DNA of 55,485 nucleotides, taken from positions 1 through 55,485 of the forward strand of contig JBDREQ010000007.1 in assembly GCA_043819555.1 (NCBI GenBank), read 5' to 3'. The translations under genes and the position numbers were made by a program. Below the pieces are notes generated by a model. That model worked only from the letters and a program-made list of their open reading frames with translations. It was not told the DNA's origin and ran no database searches. This DNA is from Candidatus Zixiibacteriota bacterium. Lineage in GTDB: Bacteria; Zixibacteria; MSB-5A5; GN15; JAAZOE01. This document shows positions 17,691 to 28,191 of this stretch, piece after piece (position 1 is the first letter of the stretch; each line of letters begins with the position of its first letter).

Positions 17691-19685
17691 GTGGCAACCA
17701 ATTCTGACCCCGCAGTAAATACCAATTCCAACCAGAAATTTGAACCGTACATTAAGGCCGATCAAATCGTTCCTGAGGTTACGCCCAAAGCGATAATTCT
17801 CGGCGCGATTATTTCTGTCGCATTCGGTCTGGCCAATGCGTATTTGGCGGTAAAGTTCGGCATGACCGTATCAGCCTCAATCCCTGCCGCGGTAATATCA
17901 ATGGCGGTTTTGAGACTTATGTTCAAACGAGTCAGTGTACTTGAGAATAATATAGTACAGACTATTGGCTCAGCCGGTGAATCTCTGGCCGCTGGTATTA
18001 CTTTCACAATTCCCGCCTTTTTTATCTGGGCTTCCAATCCGGAAATGGTTGGCATGGGATATACTCATGAAATTACTAAAGTCCAAATCTTTTGGATGTC
18101 AATGCTGGGCGGTTCGCTTGGTATCCTTCTTATGATACCTTTGCGCAAATACCTTGTTGAAAAAGAGCATAATAATTTGCGATTTCCCGAAGGAACCGCC
18201 TGCGCCGAAATTATAACTGCCGGTGACGAAGGCGGCTCAAAGGCTAAGATGGTTTTCATGGGTCTCGGACTTGGGGCTGTCTATAAATCAATGATGGTAA
18301 TCGGACGTTTCTGGAATGAATCACCCGGATACGATTTTAAGGGCCTGCTCAAAGGCGGAACGATTGGTATTGATGCCTCCCCCGCTCTGGTCGGAGTCGG
18401 ATATATTATTGGACCCCGTATAGCCGCTTTAATGCTCTCAGGGGCCGTTTTAGGATATCTCGGGATCGGTCCCCTGCTGGCTTTTATCGGTGACCAGATA
18501 CCGGGAATTATCATCGCACCCGGTACTTTGCCTCTATCCGATATGGATCCGGGACAATTGAGGAATTTTTATATAAAATATCTCGGTGTCGGAGCCGTCG
18601 CATTTGGCGGAACAATTTCGTTAATAAAATCATTGCCAACGATTGTTCATTCTTTCTCAGCTGGTTTCAAACAAATTGTCAATCGCAAATCGGCCGGACA
18701 GGATAAAACTCCTCGAACTGATCAGGATATGCCGATGTCAATGGTATTAATCGGAACCGTTCTAATCGTATTCGCTATTTGGCTTCTCCCCGGTATCGAA
18801 CTTCACTTTCTGGGGGCCATGCTGGCCGTTTTATTCGGATTTTTCTTTGTCGTAGTCGCGGCCCGAATTGTAGGATTGATCGGTTCATCTTCCAATCCGG
18901 TTTCAGGAATGACAATTTTTACTCTTTTGATGACCTGCCTTATTTTGCTCTGGCTGGGTTATGACGGCGTTAATGGGATGATAACAGCCATGTCGGTTGG
19001 AGCCGTTGTTTGTATCGCTGTTTGTATGTCGGGCGATATCGCGCAGGATTTGAAAACCGGATATCTACTTGGTGCAACACCGCGCAAACAGCAGTTGACC
19101 GAATTTATCGGACTCCTCTTCCCCGCTCTGGCGATGGGCTTCGCATTATATCTTCTGGGGGAAGCCTTCGGGTGGGTTGAATCGCCGGAACATCCCACTC
19201 CGCTTTTGGCTCCGCAGGCCAACGTGATGGCAACTGTTGTCCAGGGAGTTATCGGAGGAAATATTCCCTGGACCCCAATATTAGTTGGAGCGATGATGGC
19301 GTTGGGAATTGAACTATTAGGAATTAATTCTCTTCCGGTCGCGATCGGATTATATCTTCCCCTCTCACTTTCAACTCCGCTTATGCTTGGCGGAACCGTT
19401 GCGCTGATGGTTAAAAAAACGGCCAAAGATGATGGCATCTTTAAGAAACGACAGGAAGGCGGCATTTTATTCGGTTCCGGTCTTGTCGCGGGAGGCGGCC
19501 TTATCGGCGTTCTCTCGGCCGGATTGATCGCCGGTATCCCCTCTTTCAAAGCCTTTTCAGAAAAATATACTGAACTATCATTTATAACCGGAACCTGGAG
19601 CGAACCAATTTCAGTGATTATGGTTATTGGACTTGCCACTACATTATTTTTGGTTGCCCGTTCATTCGGAGGTAAGAAAGCATAA
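17691..19685 (+). CDS. OPT-family oligopeptide transporter
   Basis: ENNIVQTIGSAGE, FPEGTACAE, SSNPVSGM and QDLKTG motifs; AAGGAGG SD before GTG. Confidence 0.93.
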   Translation: MATNSDPAVNTNSNQKFEPYIKADQIVPEVTPKAIILGAIISVAFGLANAYLAVKFGMTVSASIPAAVISMAVLRLMFKRVSVLENNIVQTIGSAGESLAAGITFTIPAFFIWASNPEMVGMGYTHEITKVQIFWMSMLGGSLGILLMIPLRKYLVEKEHNNLRFPEGTACAEIITAGDEGGSKAKMVFMGLGLGAVYKSMMVIGRFWNESPGYDFKGLLKGGTIGIDASPALVGVGYIIGPRIAALMLSGAVLGYLGIGPLLAFIGDQIPGIIIAPGTLPLSDMDPGQLRNFYIKYLGVGAVAFGGTISLIKSLPTIVHSFSAGFKQIVNRKSAGQDKTPRTDQDMPMSMVLIGTVLIVFAIWLLPGIELHFLGAMLAVLFGFFFVVVAARIVGLIGSSSNPVSGMTIFTLLMTCLILLWLGYDGVNGMITAMSVGAVVCIAVCMSGDIAQDLKTGYLLGATPRKQQLTEFIGLLFPALAMGFALYLLGEAFGWVESPEHPTPLLAPQANVMATVVQGVIGGNIPWTPILVGAMMALGIELLGINSLPVAIGLYLPLSLSTPLMLGGTVALMVKKTAKDDGIFKKRQEGGILFGSGLVAGGGLIGVLSAGLIAGIPSFKAFSEKYTELSFITGTWSEPISVIMVIGLATTLFLVARSFGGKKA

Positions 19686-19709
19686 CCTGAAATACAAACT
19701 GTAAAAGAC

Positions 19710-19770
19710 ACCAGACACTGTTCTTTAATAATATTAAGACATTTCAGGGGATTCAGTGTCTGGTTTTTTT
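19710..19770 (+). terminator. Terminator-like stem with a large loop after the OPT gene
   Basis: ACCAGACACTG (19710-19720) pairs with CAGTGTCTGGT (19754-19764), followed by a T run. Confidence 0.55.
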
Positions 19771-19795
19771 ATTTTCAGAAAATTATTGATAAACC

Positions 19796-20737
19796 CTAAT
19801 ACTTCTTCCTTCGCTCAATAACGTAATTGGAGCCTTTGAGGGATTTGGTATATTTCTTCAAATCGGCCAGCATGTGCGACAGCTCGCCGACATGTTTGAA
19901 CATTTTGCCCTTATTTATCACGACTGCAATTGAAAGCGTCATTATCTCGAATTTTTCTTCTTCGTCAGAGCGGTTTTTTGTAATTATATATCCTCGTTCC
20001 CGATCATCTGGGGCATACCTGAATGGTATAAAAGTATCAAATGTGCGAAGAATATTTTCACAGATTTTGGGCACCATATCCCCGGGGATAATAAAAATAA
20101 AATCATCTCCCCCGATATGCCCGACAAATCCTTCACGGCACAAATCAAAAACAACATCCTTAATAATTCTTGAAGTCAGGCGAACGACCCGATCGCCATA
20201 ATAATATCCGTAATAATCATTGAAGGCCTTAAAATTATCCAGATCGGCGTAACACACCGCGAATTGCTGCCCCAGCTCGATCTGCCGTTCAATCTCCAAT
20301 TCGATTATGCCGGGACCCGGCAATCGGCTTGACGGGTTAACTGATAAATCCCGTATGGCACGATTAATTATCATTACCGTTTTGGTACGGGCAATATTCA
20401 TCGGGATTTCATCAGTAAAGAATTCTTCAGCCCCATTTTCAAAAGCGGCCGTTAGAGAATTATCTTCCGGCCGGGGTTGATATAAAATCGTCGGCAATAT
20501 AGCCAGATAGGTGTGATCTTTTATTCTCCGGACCATCTCAAGAATATTAATAATTGACCCGTCACCCGAGCCGCTGGTACCCATGTAGGCCAAATCAAGC
20601 GTAAACCGCTGGGCCAGGGTCAAGAGCTCTTCAACCGTGCTGAATCTATGCATAGAAGCTTTTTTACCCTCAATAATCCGTGAAAGAAAAAATTCTGCTT
20701 GAGTACCCTGCGTATGACAGGCAATATGCAGCATCAC
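19796..20737 (-). CDS. GGDEF-domain diguanylate cyclase with a degenerate receiver domain
   Basis: DLDNFKAFNDYYG and HIGGDDF. The REC-like N-terminus lacks an obvious phospho-Asp. Confidence 0.85.
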   Translation of the reverse strand: MMLHIACHTQGTQAEFFLSRIIEGKKASMHRFSTVEELLTLAQRFTLDLAYMGTSGSGDGSIINILEMVRRIKDHTYLAILPTILYQPRPEDNSLTAAFENGAEEFFTDEIPMNIARTKTVMIINRAIRDLSVNPSSRLPGPGIIELEIERQIELGQQFAVCYADLDNFKAFNDYYGYYYGDRVVRLTSRIIKDVVFDLCREGFVGHIGGDDFIFIIPGDMVPKICENILRTFDTFIPFRYAPDDRERGYIITKNRSDEEEKFEIMTLSIAVVINKGKMFKHVGELSHMLADLKKYTKSLKGSNYVIERRKKY

Positions 20738-21648
20738 CGCCCGCCTTTCGATATCGCCCGCGGATGAAACTGGCGGTGGATTTCAAGCAGGTATTCCTTA
20801 TTGAGATGGGTATAAATCTGTGTTGTGCTGATTGAGGCATGTCCTAATAATTCCTGAACAACCCGCAGATCGGCGCCTCCTTCCAGCAAATGAGTCGCGA
20901 AAGAATGACGAAATGTATGAGGAGTCACTTCTTTTATAATTCCGGCTTTCATTATATATCCGCGTATTAATTTCCACATGCCCGAACGGCTAAACCCGCG
21001 GCCAAATCGGGAAATAAACAGTCGATTGCTGGCGGCGCCTTTTGCGGCCAACGTTGGTCTTGATTTATCTATATATCGGTCAATAGCCTTTACAGCATAA
21101 CTGCCGAGAGGGACCAAACGCTCCTTATTCCCCTTTCCCGTCACTATGATATAAGAAATCTCCGGAACATATACCGACAGGTTCAAATTGATAAGTTCAG
21201 AAATCCTCAGTCCTCCGGCATAGAGAATTTCCAGAATGGCATTATCTCGTATTTGAAGCGGACCATCACCCATCGCGCCATCCAGTATTCTTTTAACCTC
21301 ATTAACTGATAAAACTACGGGTAATTTTCTGATTAAACGCGGCCCTTGTATATTTCCGGTGATTTCCGTATGTCCAAGATACTTAAAGAATTTCTTGATG
21401 GCCGAAAGGCGCCGGTTGATTGTTGACGGATTTATTCCGCAGGCATATAAATCCCGGGTATATAGATTTATGTCTTTCTGTTTAATTTTGTCCGGATTTT
21501 TGCCCGCATGAAAAACAAAAAAATCATATAAATCCCGTCGGTAAGCATCAATTGAATTGGCCGACAAACCTTCTTCCAGAGCCGCCGCCCGAAGAAATTC
21601 ATCCACCTGTTTTTTGCAGTCAATTAACTTTTCAGATAAATCCGACAT
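20734..21648 (-). CDS. xerD: Tyrosine recombinase XerD
   Basis: LYAGGLRISEL, GKGNKERLVP, TPHTFRHSFATHLLEGGADLRVVQELLGH and TTQIYTH. Confidence 0.88.
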   Translation of the reverse strand: MSDLSEKLIDCKKQVDEFLRAAALEEGLSANSIDAYRRDLYDFFVFHAGKNPDKIKQKDINLYTRDLYACGINPSTINRRLSAIKKFFKYLGHTEITGNIQGPRLIRKLPVVLSVNEVKRILDGAMGDGPLQIRDNAILEILYAGGLRISELINLNLSVYVPEISYIIVTGKGNKERLVPLGSYAVKAIDRYIDKSRPTLAAKGAASNRLFISRFGRGFSRSGMWKLIRGYIMKAGIIKEVTPHTFRHSFATHLLEGGADLRVVQELLGHASISTTQIYTHLNKEYLLEIHRQFHPRAISKGGR

Positions 21649-21688
21649 TTTTCAATATTGATGATTATGGCAGGATAGGCAACAAGTT

Positions 21689-22423
21689 TTAGACGGCCGT
21701 GGCCGCTACTGCGGCGATTATTCTTTGAGCCGAAGCTTCCTTAAGGACTCTTTCATTCTCTCGAAGCGTCGCTCCCGAAGTAGTTACATCATCAACAAGC
21801 AATATTGTCTTGTGTTTTAAGATACGGTCGGGGTCATCGACCGCAAATGCGCCTCTGACATTAGCCTCCCGATCATGCCCGTGCAATTTGGCTTGCTGGC
21901 GGGTTTTTCTCGTCGAGTATAAAACATCTGTATATATTGGCAGGCCGGTGATGTGTGATATGGCCCGGGCAATTTCTTCAGCCTGATTGAAACCCCGTTC
22001 ATAATGCCGCGATTGATGCAATGGCACGGGAACGATCAAATCAATTCTTTTTACATAATCATGCTCAGTCAGTTTTTCCCCCAGCTTTTCCCCAATTTTA
22101 TTGGCCAGAGGCTTTAGATTCTCAAATTTCAGGAAATGAATAATATCCCGCAAATGAGTATCAAAATATCCAAGAGACCAGACTGTAATTGATTCCCTGC
22201 CGCAGTCCCGGCACAGCATTCCCTGTGTTAAAAACGAACGGCATTGAGAGCAATAAGCGGCGTCAAATCCCTGAATAAAATCCCAGCACCGCCTGCAAAT
22301 CAATTGATCATTCGAGTCGGCTTTCCGTTCACAAAGACAACATACCGGAGGATAAAACAGATCGACTAATCCATTCGAAACCTGTCTAATGTAATTGATA
22401 ACGCCGGCTTTAAAATCACCCAT
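21689..22423 (-). CDS. comF: ComF-family double zinc-ribbon phosphoribosyltransferase-like protein
   Basis: CxxC pairs, VPVPLH..R..ERGFNQA and LVDDVTTSGAT. Confidence 0.88.
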   Translation of the reverse strand: MGDFKAGVINYIRQVSNGLVDLFYPPVCCLCERKADSNDQLICRRCWDFIQGFDAAYCSQCRSFLTQGMLCRDCGRESITVWSLGYFDTHLRDIIHFLKFENLKPLANKIGEKLGEKLTEHDYVKRIDLIVPVPLHQSRHYERGFNQAEEIARAISHITGLPIYTDVLYSTRKTRQQAKLHGHDREANVRGAFAVDDPDRILKHKTILLVDDVTTSGATLRENERVLKEASAQRIIAAVAATAV

Positions 22424-23468
22424 TATTTGCCCTGCTTATTTTGATCATTACTTTGCGAAAATAATGTCTGCCCGTATAATACATCAGCGTTATTGACAAA
22501 AACACACCCGCAATCAAATCATGCCAGCCCAAAGACTCATGCCCGGAACTTATATTTGTCACATAATAATTGGAAGAAAACAGGTCATTTCCGAATAAAT
22601 CAACAAGTATCCCCAGGATTAATGAAGTCAGGATGATGCCTGCCGTCATCAGAATCATCCCTTTGAATCCCAGAATCCGCTTCTGGACTACGAGTGATGT
22701 CATATTGACAGCCGGTCCGATTAACAAAAAGGCCAATACCGCCCCCGGCATCACTCCCATTGACAATAATACTGCGGCCAGCGGCGTCGATGACGTGGCA
22801 CAAACATAAACCGGCAGACTGAAGGCAATTATCGCAAGGTACTGAATCCATCCTGAGACATTATCTTTAATTAAATCAGGCGGGATAACCGCGGCGGCCA
22901 AACCGGCCAGGACGAAGCCCCAGAATAAATAATAAGCCAACTCGGGATAGACGCTTTTTATAATGTATTTTTGGCCATCGATTAGTTGCTTGATTAAACT
23001 TTCTGGCTGATTTTTATCTACAATAGGCATTTCCGGCATCGGACGCCCTTCCGTATCTCGGTCAAGAAGCAAGGAAATCAGCCCGCTGATGAACGCCGTT
23101 ATCAGCGCCGCAATCGGCCGTATTAGTGCAAAATATGGCCCCAGGAGGCGATAACTCAGTGCAATCGAATCAGCACCCGTTTCCGGAGTGGATATCAAAA
23201 ATGCTACCGTTCCGGGACGCGACAATCCCGAACGGCTCAATTGATCGGCGACCGGCAAAACTGAACAACTGCACAACGGCAGCGGAATCCCGATAACAGA
23301 AGCGCGGAAAATTTGTGCCTGAGGTTTCCGGCCAAATAATGATTTCATCGCGTCAGGAGTAATCAATGCCCGAATTATTCCGGCGATAAAAAACCCTATC
23401 AATAGCAAAAGAGCTGACCGGATAATCATATCCCAGGTCAGCTCAAACCATTTAATAAATAAATCCAA
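22416..23468 (-). CDS. DUF318/ArsP-type (SO_0444-like) metal-related permease
   Basis: PLPLCSCSVLP, FLISTPETGADS and YVCATSSTP motifs; multiple TM segments. Confidence 0.82.
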   Translation of the reverse strand: MDLFIKWFELTWDMIIRSALLLLIGFFIAGIIRALITPDAMKSLFGRKPQAQIFRASVIGIPLPLCSCSVLPVADQLSRSGLSRPGTVAFLISTPETGADSIALSYRLLGPYFALIRPIAALITAFISGLISLLLDRDTEGRPMPEMPIVDKNQPESLIKQLIDGQKYIIKSVYPELAYYLFWGFVLAGLAAAVIPPDLIKDNVSGWIQYLAIIAFSLPVYVCATSSTPLAAVLLSMGVMPGAVLAFLLIGPAVNMTSLVVQKRILGFKGMILMTAGIILTSLILGILVDLFGNDLFSSNYYVTNISSGHESLGWHDLIAGVFLSITLMYYTGRHYFRKVMIKISRANNG

Positions 23469-23470
23469 AT

Positions 23471-24109
23471 CTATTCCCTTAGAAGCGGCATCATCAATTC
23501 TTCCGCGCGCTTGCGGAGTTCCGGAGGCGGGTTTTCCTCCAGGAGCTTACTCCACCATTCAATGGCATTAGCGGAATCGGAAATCGAATAATATACAATA
23601 CCCAGATTGAACTTGGCCGTCTGATGATCGGGTTGGAATTCAAGGGCCTTCTTAAATTGTGCAATCGCTGCCTGACTATTGCCGCTGCCCTGCTGGCACG
23701 CCCCCAGATCGACTCGCACATTGGCGTTCGTCGAATCAATTCGCAATGCTTTGGAATAACATTCAATGGCTAAAGGATACTGCCCTTGATCCATAAGAGA
23801 ATTACCCATCTGAACCAGGGATTCAAATGATTCGGGAAGATTATTTCTATAAGCGGTTAAATCGGTCATTGAGGGCGCATTGGCCGAATCCCGCGGTGAT
23901 TGATCCGTTTGATCTTTGTCACCCGTCAATATAAAGCCCGAATAAATTGCCGCAGCCACAATTAATATGGCAATTATAATGACATGATTTTCCCCCGATG
24001 AGTCATGCTTTTGTCTCTTTCCGCTTTTTATGGCGGCGCCGCATTCGGGACAATATTTTGTGGAGGAATTCAATTCGTGTCCGCAGCTTTGACATTTTTT
24101 GTCAGGCAT
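23471..24109 (-). CDS. Zinc-ribbon, TM and TPR repeat protein
   Basis: CQSCG...CPECG, one TM helix and three TPR-like repeats. Confidence 0.8.
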   Translation of the reverse strand: MPDKKCQSCGHELNSSTKYCPECGAAIKSGKRQKHDSSGENHVIIIAILIVAAAIYSGFILTGDKDQTDQSPRDSANAPSMTDLTAYRNNLPESFESLVQMGNSLMDQGQYPLAIECYSKALRIDSTNANVRVDLGACQQGSGNSQAAIAQFKKALEFQPDHQTAKFNLGIVYYSISDSANAIEWWSKLLEENPPPELRKRAEELMMPLLRE

Positions 24110-24129
24110 AAGTTCACAAACCTTTCAAA

Positions 24130-26304
24130 TTACTTGATCTGATTTTCATCATCGCCTTTTCCAAAAGGAGCGAAATCTGCCCCCTTAGCCCGTTCGATTG
24201 ATATCACTCCCTTGACCCTGTTTATCTTCTGTATAACGCGGTTGAGATGCGTAAGGTTCTTGATTTCTATAACAAATGTCCCGGTTACGGGACTTCCTTC
24301 TCCAGAGATTTCCGCCCCTCGAACATCACCGTCCAAATCAGATATAGCCTCGGTGATATCCCTCAACATATTCTTTCTATCTTCAAGTAGGATATCTAAT
24401 CGGACAATAAAAGCCTGGTCTTTGGCTACGTCCCATTCAACCTCGACAACTCTTTCCGGAGATTCCGTCAATTCCAGTGCCGTCGGGCAATCGGCTCGAT
24501 GAATAGTAATCCCGCGGCCGCGGGTTATAAATCCGACTATTTTTTCACCCGGTACCGGCTGGCAGCACCCCGCGAATCGAAACATCATATTGCCGATTCC
24601 CTGAATCTTTATCCCTTTGCCACCTCGAGCGGTATCAATAAAGCGCTTGACTAAAGTTGGTTTGGTTTCCGCATTTTTATCAGGAGCGATTTTTGTCACA
24701 ACCTGTTTCACCGAAAGAGTGCCATTCCCGATGGCGGCCATCATGCCTTCAATCGACGCGTAATTTAAAGACTGAGCGTGATCTTCCATTTCCGCCGACT
24801 TTGGCATCGATATTCGTGATTTCTTTAATTCACGCTCCAACATCTCCTGCCCAAGGCTGACCGACTGCTCATATCCCTGCTGTTTTAACCAGCGTTTTAT
24901 CTTGGCTCGCGCCTTGGATGTCTGAGCGATCCTTAACCAATCATTGGAAGGCTTTTGATTGGGCGATGTCAAAATAGCGCCTTCATCGCCTGATTTTAGT
25001 TTGAACCCCAAAGGAACCATCTTTCCGTTAATCTTGGCCCCGGTAGTTTTCAATCCGACATCGGTATGTATGGCAAAAGCAAAATCCAACGCGGTCGAGC
25101 CGGCCGGAAGATGAATCAGATCTCCGCGCGGCGTGTAAACATAGACATCTTCCTGAAGTAAATCGATTTTCAGATACTCAAGAAATTCCGAAGGATTGCT
25201 TAAATCCTTTTGCCAATCCAATACTTCCCGCAGCCAGCTCATTTGCCGGTCGGCTTTATCCATTTGCTGCCGCCCCTCTTTGTAGAGCCAATGCGAGGCA
25301 ATGCCGTATTCGGCTATCTGATGCATGCCATTAGTGCGAATTTGAATTTCCAGCATTTTATCGGCCGGTCCAAAAACAGTAGTATGAAGGGATTGATAGC
25401 CATTAGGTTTTGGATTGGCGATATAGTCATGAAATCGATTGGGGACCGGTTTCCATAGCGTATGAATCACGCCCAGAACGTGATAACACTCTTTCTTGGA
25501 TGAAACAAGGACCCTGATTGCCAGCAAATCATAGATTTCTTCAAGAGGCAAATTTCTCAATCTCATTTTTCGAGATATGCTGTCGAGATGCTTGGCTCGG
25601 CCGGAGATTGATATCTTTATTCCTTCCTCGATTAATGCCTTTTTTATAGGTCCCGTTACCTGGCGTATATATTCCTCTCGCTCCTGGCGCGTCATCTCCA
25701 GCTGTTCGGAAATAAATCTATACTCTTTCGGTTGAAGATATTTAAAACATAAATCCTCAAGCTCTGTTTTCATTCTGGCGATACCGAAACGATGCGCCAG
25801 AGGAGCGTAAACTTCATTCGTCTCGCGGGCAATCCGCTTTTGCTTATCCTCCTTTAAAAATCCCAGGGTGCGCATATTATGCAATCGGTCGGCCAATTTG
25901 ATAAGAATAACTCTGATATCCCGAGCCATTGAAAGCAGCATTTTGCGGAAATATTCAACCTGCTCTTCTTCTCGCGATTTAAACTCAACCTTTCCCAGCT
26001 TGGTAACGCCATCAACCAAAAGCGCGATCTCTTCTCCAAATTCCTTTTTTACTTCTTCAATCGTAACCGGCGTATCTTCGACGACATCGTGAATTAAGCC
26101 GGCCGCGATTGTAGCCGAATCCAGGTGCTGTTCAGCCAGGATAAAGGCCACTTCCAGACAATGGGTCGCATACGGCTCGCCTGATTCCCTTGTCTGACCC
26201 GCGTGCGAATTACTCGAAAATTCGTAGGCTTTGCGAATTAAAGGAATATTAACATTGGCGTTAAACGCCTCAATCTGGATTATGAATTGAGCTAAATTCA
26301 GCAT
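24130..26304 (-). CDS. rel: Bifunctional (p)ppGpp synthetase/hydrolase
   Basis: HD hydrolase IHDVVED, KLADRLHNMRT, YQSLHT, and TGS and ACT domains. Confidence 0.95.
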   Translation of the reverse strand: MLNLAQFIIQIEAFNANVNIPLIRKAYEFSSNSHAGQTRESGEPYATHCLEVAFILAEQHLDSATIAAGLIHDVVEDTPVTIEEVKKEFGEEIALLVDGVTKLGKVEFKSREEEQVEYFRKMLLSMARDIRVILIKLADRLHNMRTLGFLKEDKQKRIARETNEVYAPLAHRFGIARMKTELEDLCFKYLQPKEYRFISEQLEMTRQEREEYIRQVTGPIKKALIEEGIKISISGRAKHLDSISRKMRLRNLPLEEIYDLLAIRVLVSSKKECYHVLGVIHTLWKPVPNRFHDYIANPKPNGYQSLHTTVFGPADKMLEIQIRTNGMHQIAEYGIASHWLYKEGRQQMDKADRQMSWLREVLDWQKDLSNPSEFLEYLKIDLLQEDVYVYTPRGDLIHLPAGSTALDFAFAIHTDVGLKTTGAKINGKMVPLGFKLKSGDEGAILTSPNQKPSNDWLRIAQTSKARAKIKRWLKQQGYEQSVSLGQEMLERELKKSRISMPKSAEMEDHAQSLNYASIEGMMAAIGNGTLSVKQVVTKIAPDKNAETKPTLVKRFIDTARGGKGIKIQGIGNMMFRFAGCCQPVPGEKIVGFITRGRGITIHRADCPTALELTESPERVVEVEWDVAKDQAFIVRLDILLEDRKNMLRDITEAISDLDGDVRGAEISGEGSPVTGTFVIEIKNLTHLNRVIQKINRVKGVISIERAKGADFAPFGKGDDENQIK

Positions 26305-26322
26305 AATATCAACTTATACACC

Positions 26323-27414
26323 TTAATTATTCCCGGCAAGCACTCTCTTATATAAATCGGATATTTTTTGCACATTCTCAACGATATTGAACTTATTCGA
26401 AATATCCAATGATTTCAGACCCATCTTAATTTTCATATTTTTATCTGAGAGTATCCTGACCATCGCATCCGCAAAATTTCTATAATTGCCCACTTCGCAC
26501 AAAATCCCATTTTCGCCATTGCCGATTATTTCCGGCAATCCGCCGACATTTGACACCACTAAAGGCAGGCCGCAGGCTTCGGCTTCCACCGCTGAATTAT
26601 TGAGTCCTTCGCTGGTTGAAGTAAGAAGGAAAAGTTCGCATTTCTTAAACACCGGCGCCATCGGTTCAATATGTCCCAAAAGGAAAATGTTTTTTAGCCC
26701 TGAATCGGAAATATATTTTTCCAGCCTTGGACGCTCCGGTCCTTTGCCAAGTATAAGCAAACCAATTCCGGGTATCTTTTTTTCTGCTTCTGATACCGCC
26801 TTTATCGCCGTTAAATAATCTTTTTCTTTGGTCAGGGCGCCGGCCGTTGTAATCAAGCTGGTGCAATTGTCTTTGATGACATTAGGAATATCCCAGTTAC
26901 TTATATCGTCTTTTATTGCCTGTATATAGAGGCTTGAATTTATTACCTCAACGCGATCTTTATCCACGCCGGCCGAGACCAGTCCGTCCGCAACAGCTTT
27001 GCTGACCGCAATAAATTTATCCACCCTGTCTGAATATTTATATTTTCGGCTCAGGCGACCGGACGGGGGGAAAATAACTCTGCGAGTGACTATGAGTCTG
27101 GCGCCAGTAATGGAACGCTTTAGCCTCAGCCCAATCGTATGAGCCGCAGAATCATGAGCATGAATGATATTAATATTTTTCTCTCTGGCAATCTTTTTGA
27201 TTTTCCCTGTTAGAATTTTTCTTAGAAAGGAATTTGACGCCAGTTTTATTTTAGGAATAAAATCAATGCGTCGATCCAGTTCGCTGCCCTCCGGAATGGC
27301 GATTGTTTGTTCAATACCCATCCGCTTAAGTTCTATGGTCATCATCAATACCTGTCTTTGGCCGCCGCGAAATTCCCGGCCGGTATCGATATGCAATACG
27401 GAAATGTCGGACAT
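26323..27414 (-). CDS. Glycosyltransferase family 4
   Basis: RGGQRQ, HAHD, EGLNNSAVEA and VGGLPE. Confidence 0.88.
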   Translation of the reverse strand: MSDISVLHIDTGREFRGGQRQVLMMTIELKRMGIEQTIAIPEGSELDRRIDFIPKIKLASNSFLRKILTGKIKKIAREKNINIIHAHDSAAHTIGLRLKRSITGARLIVTRRVIFPPSGRLSRKYKYSDRVDKFIAVSKAVADGLVSAGVDKDRVEVINSSLYIQAIKDDISNWDIPNVIKDNCTSLITTAGALTKEKDYLTAIKAVSEAEKKIPGIGLLILGKGPERPRLEKYISDSGLKNIFLLGHIEPMAPVFKKCELFLLTSTSEGLNNSAVEAEACGLPLVVSNVGGLPEIIGNGENGILCEVGNYRNFADAMVRILSDKNMKIKMGLKSLDISNKFNIVENVQKISDLYKRVLAGNN

Positions 27415-27420
27415 GATATT

Positions 27421-28191
27421 TTACAATGCCGTTCGTTTGGATTTCTGCGCCTCAATATGCATAGAGCGCAGCTTGGCATATTTCAGCAGTGTACCGGTGG
27501 ACGTCAGGTAGGCGATTAAAAAACCTTCCCAGCCGTCGCGCCAGCCCTTTTGAAATACTAATTTCCTCAAAAAAGAAAACGGCGGTTTTATAGCCAAAAA
27601 ATACGGCGAGCATTTCTGGCCCCGCTTAAATAACTCTTCTGCACCCAGAGTTGAGTACTGGTCAAGCTTTCGCAAATAATCTTCCAGCGTTGGATATGAA
27701 TAGTGCATCATGGGATTATGCAGCCTGCCTGTCTGGCCGTCAACTTCGACTTTTTCATGCACGAGTACGTCGGTAAACCGACCGGAACATTTCTTAAATA
27801 ATCGCAAGACATAATCGGGGTACCATCCCGAGAATAAAATCCATTTTCCCAAAAACTGTGTCTTGCGGGGGATATAATAGCCATCGTTCGGCGGGTCATT
27901 TTCCAGAAGCTGCAGGATTTCATTTTTGAGAGTGAAGGAAATTTCTTCATCCGCGTCAATGGATAAAATCCAGTCGCCAGTTGCTTTATCCAGAGCGTAC
28001 TGTTTGGCCTGGCCAAAACCGGTCCATTCGGGTGAATAAATTCGTGCGCCATACTTTTGGGCTATTTCAATGGTCTGATCCGTCGAATGCGAATCGACGA
28101 TAACTATTTCATCCGTCCATGAAACCGATTGTAAACAACGCTCAATATTAGCTTCTTCATTTTTTGTAATAAGTATGGCCGATATTTTCAC
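27421..28191 (-). CDS. Glycosyltransferase family 2 (LPS core, KdtX/LgtF-like)
   Basis: ITKNEEANI, VDSHSTD, IDADE and VHE. Confidence 0.9.
   Translation of the reverse strand: MKISAILITKNEEANIERCLQSVSWTDEIVIVDSHSTDQTIEIAQKYGARIYSPEWTGFGQAKQYALDKATGDWILSIDADEEISFTLKNEILQLLENDPPNDGYYIPRKTQFLGKWILFSGWYPDYVLRLFKKCSGRFTDVLVHEKVEVDGQTGRLHNPMMHYSYPTLEDYLRKLDQYSTLGAEELFKRGQKCSPYFLAIKPPFSFLRKLVFQKGWRDGWEGFLIAYLTSTGTLLKYAKLRSMHIEAQKSKRTAL

Noticed and set aside
19796..20737. Possible Hypr/GacA-type cGAMP synthase (HIGGDDF motif)
   Set aside because: The specificity position reads YYYGDRVV with Asp, not the Ser typical of Hypr enzymes, so an ordinary diguanylate cyclase is more likely.
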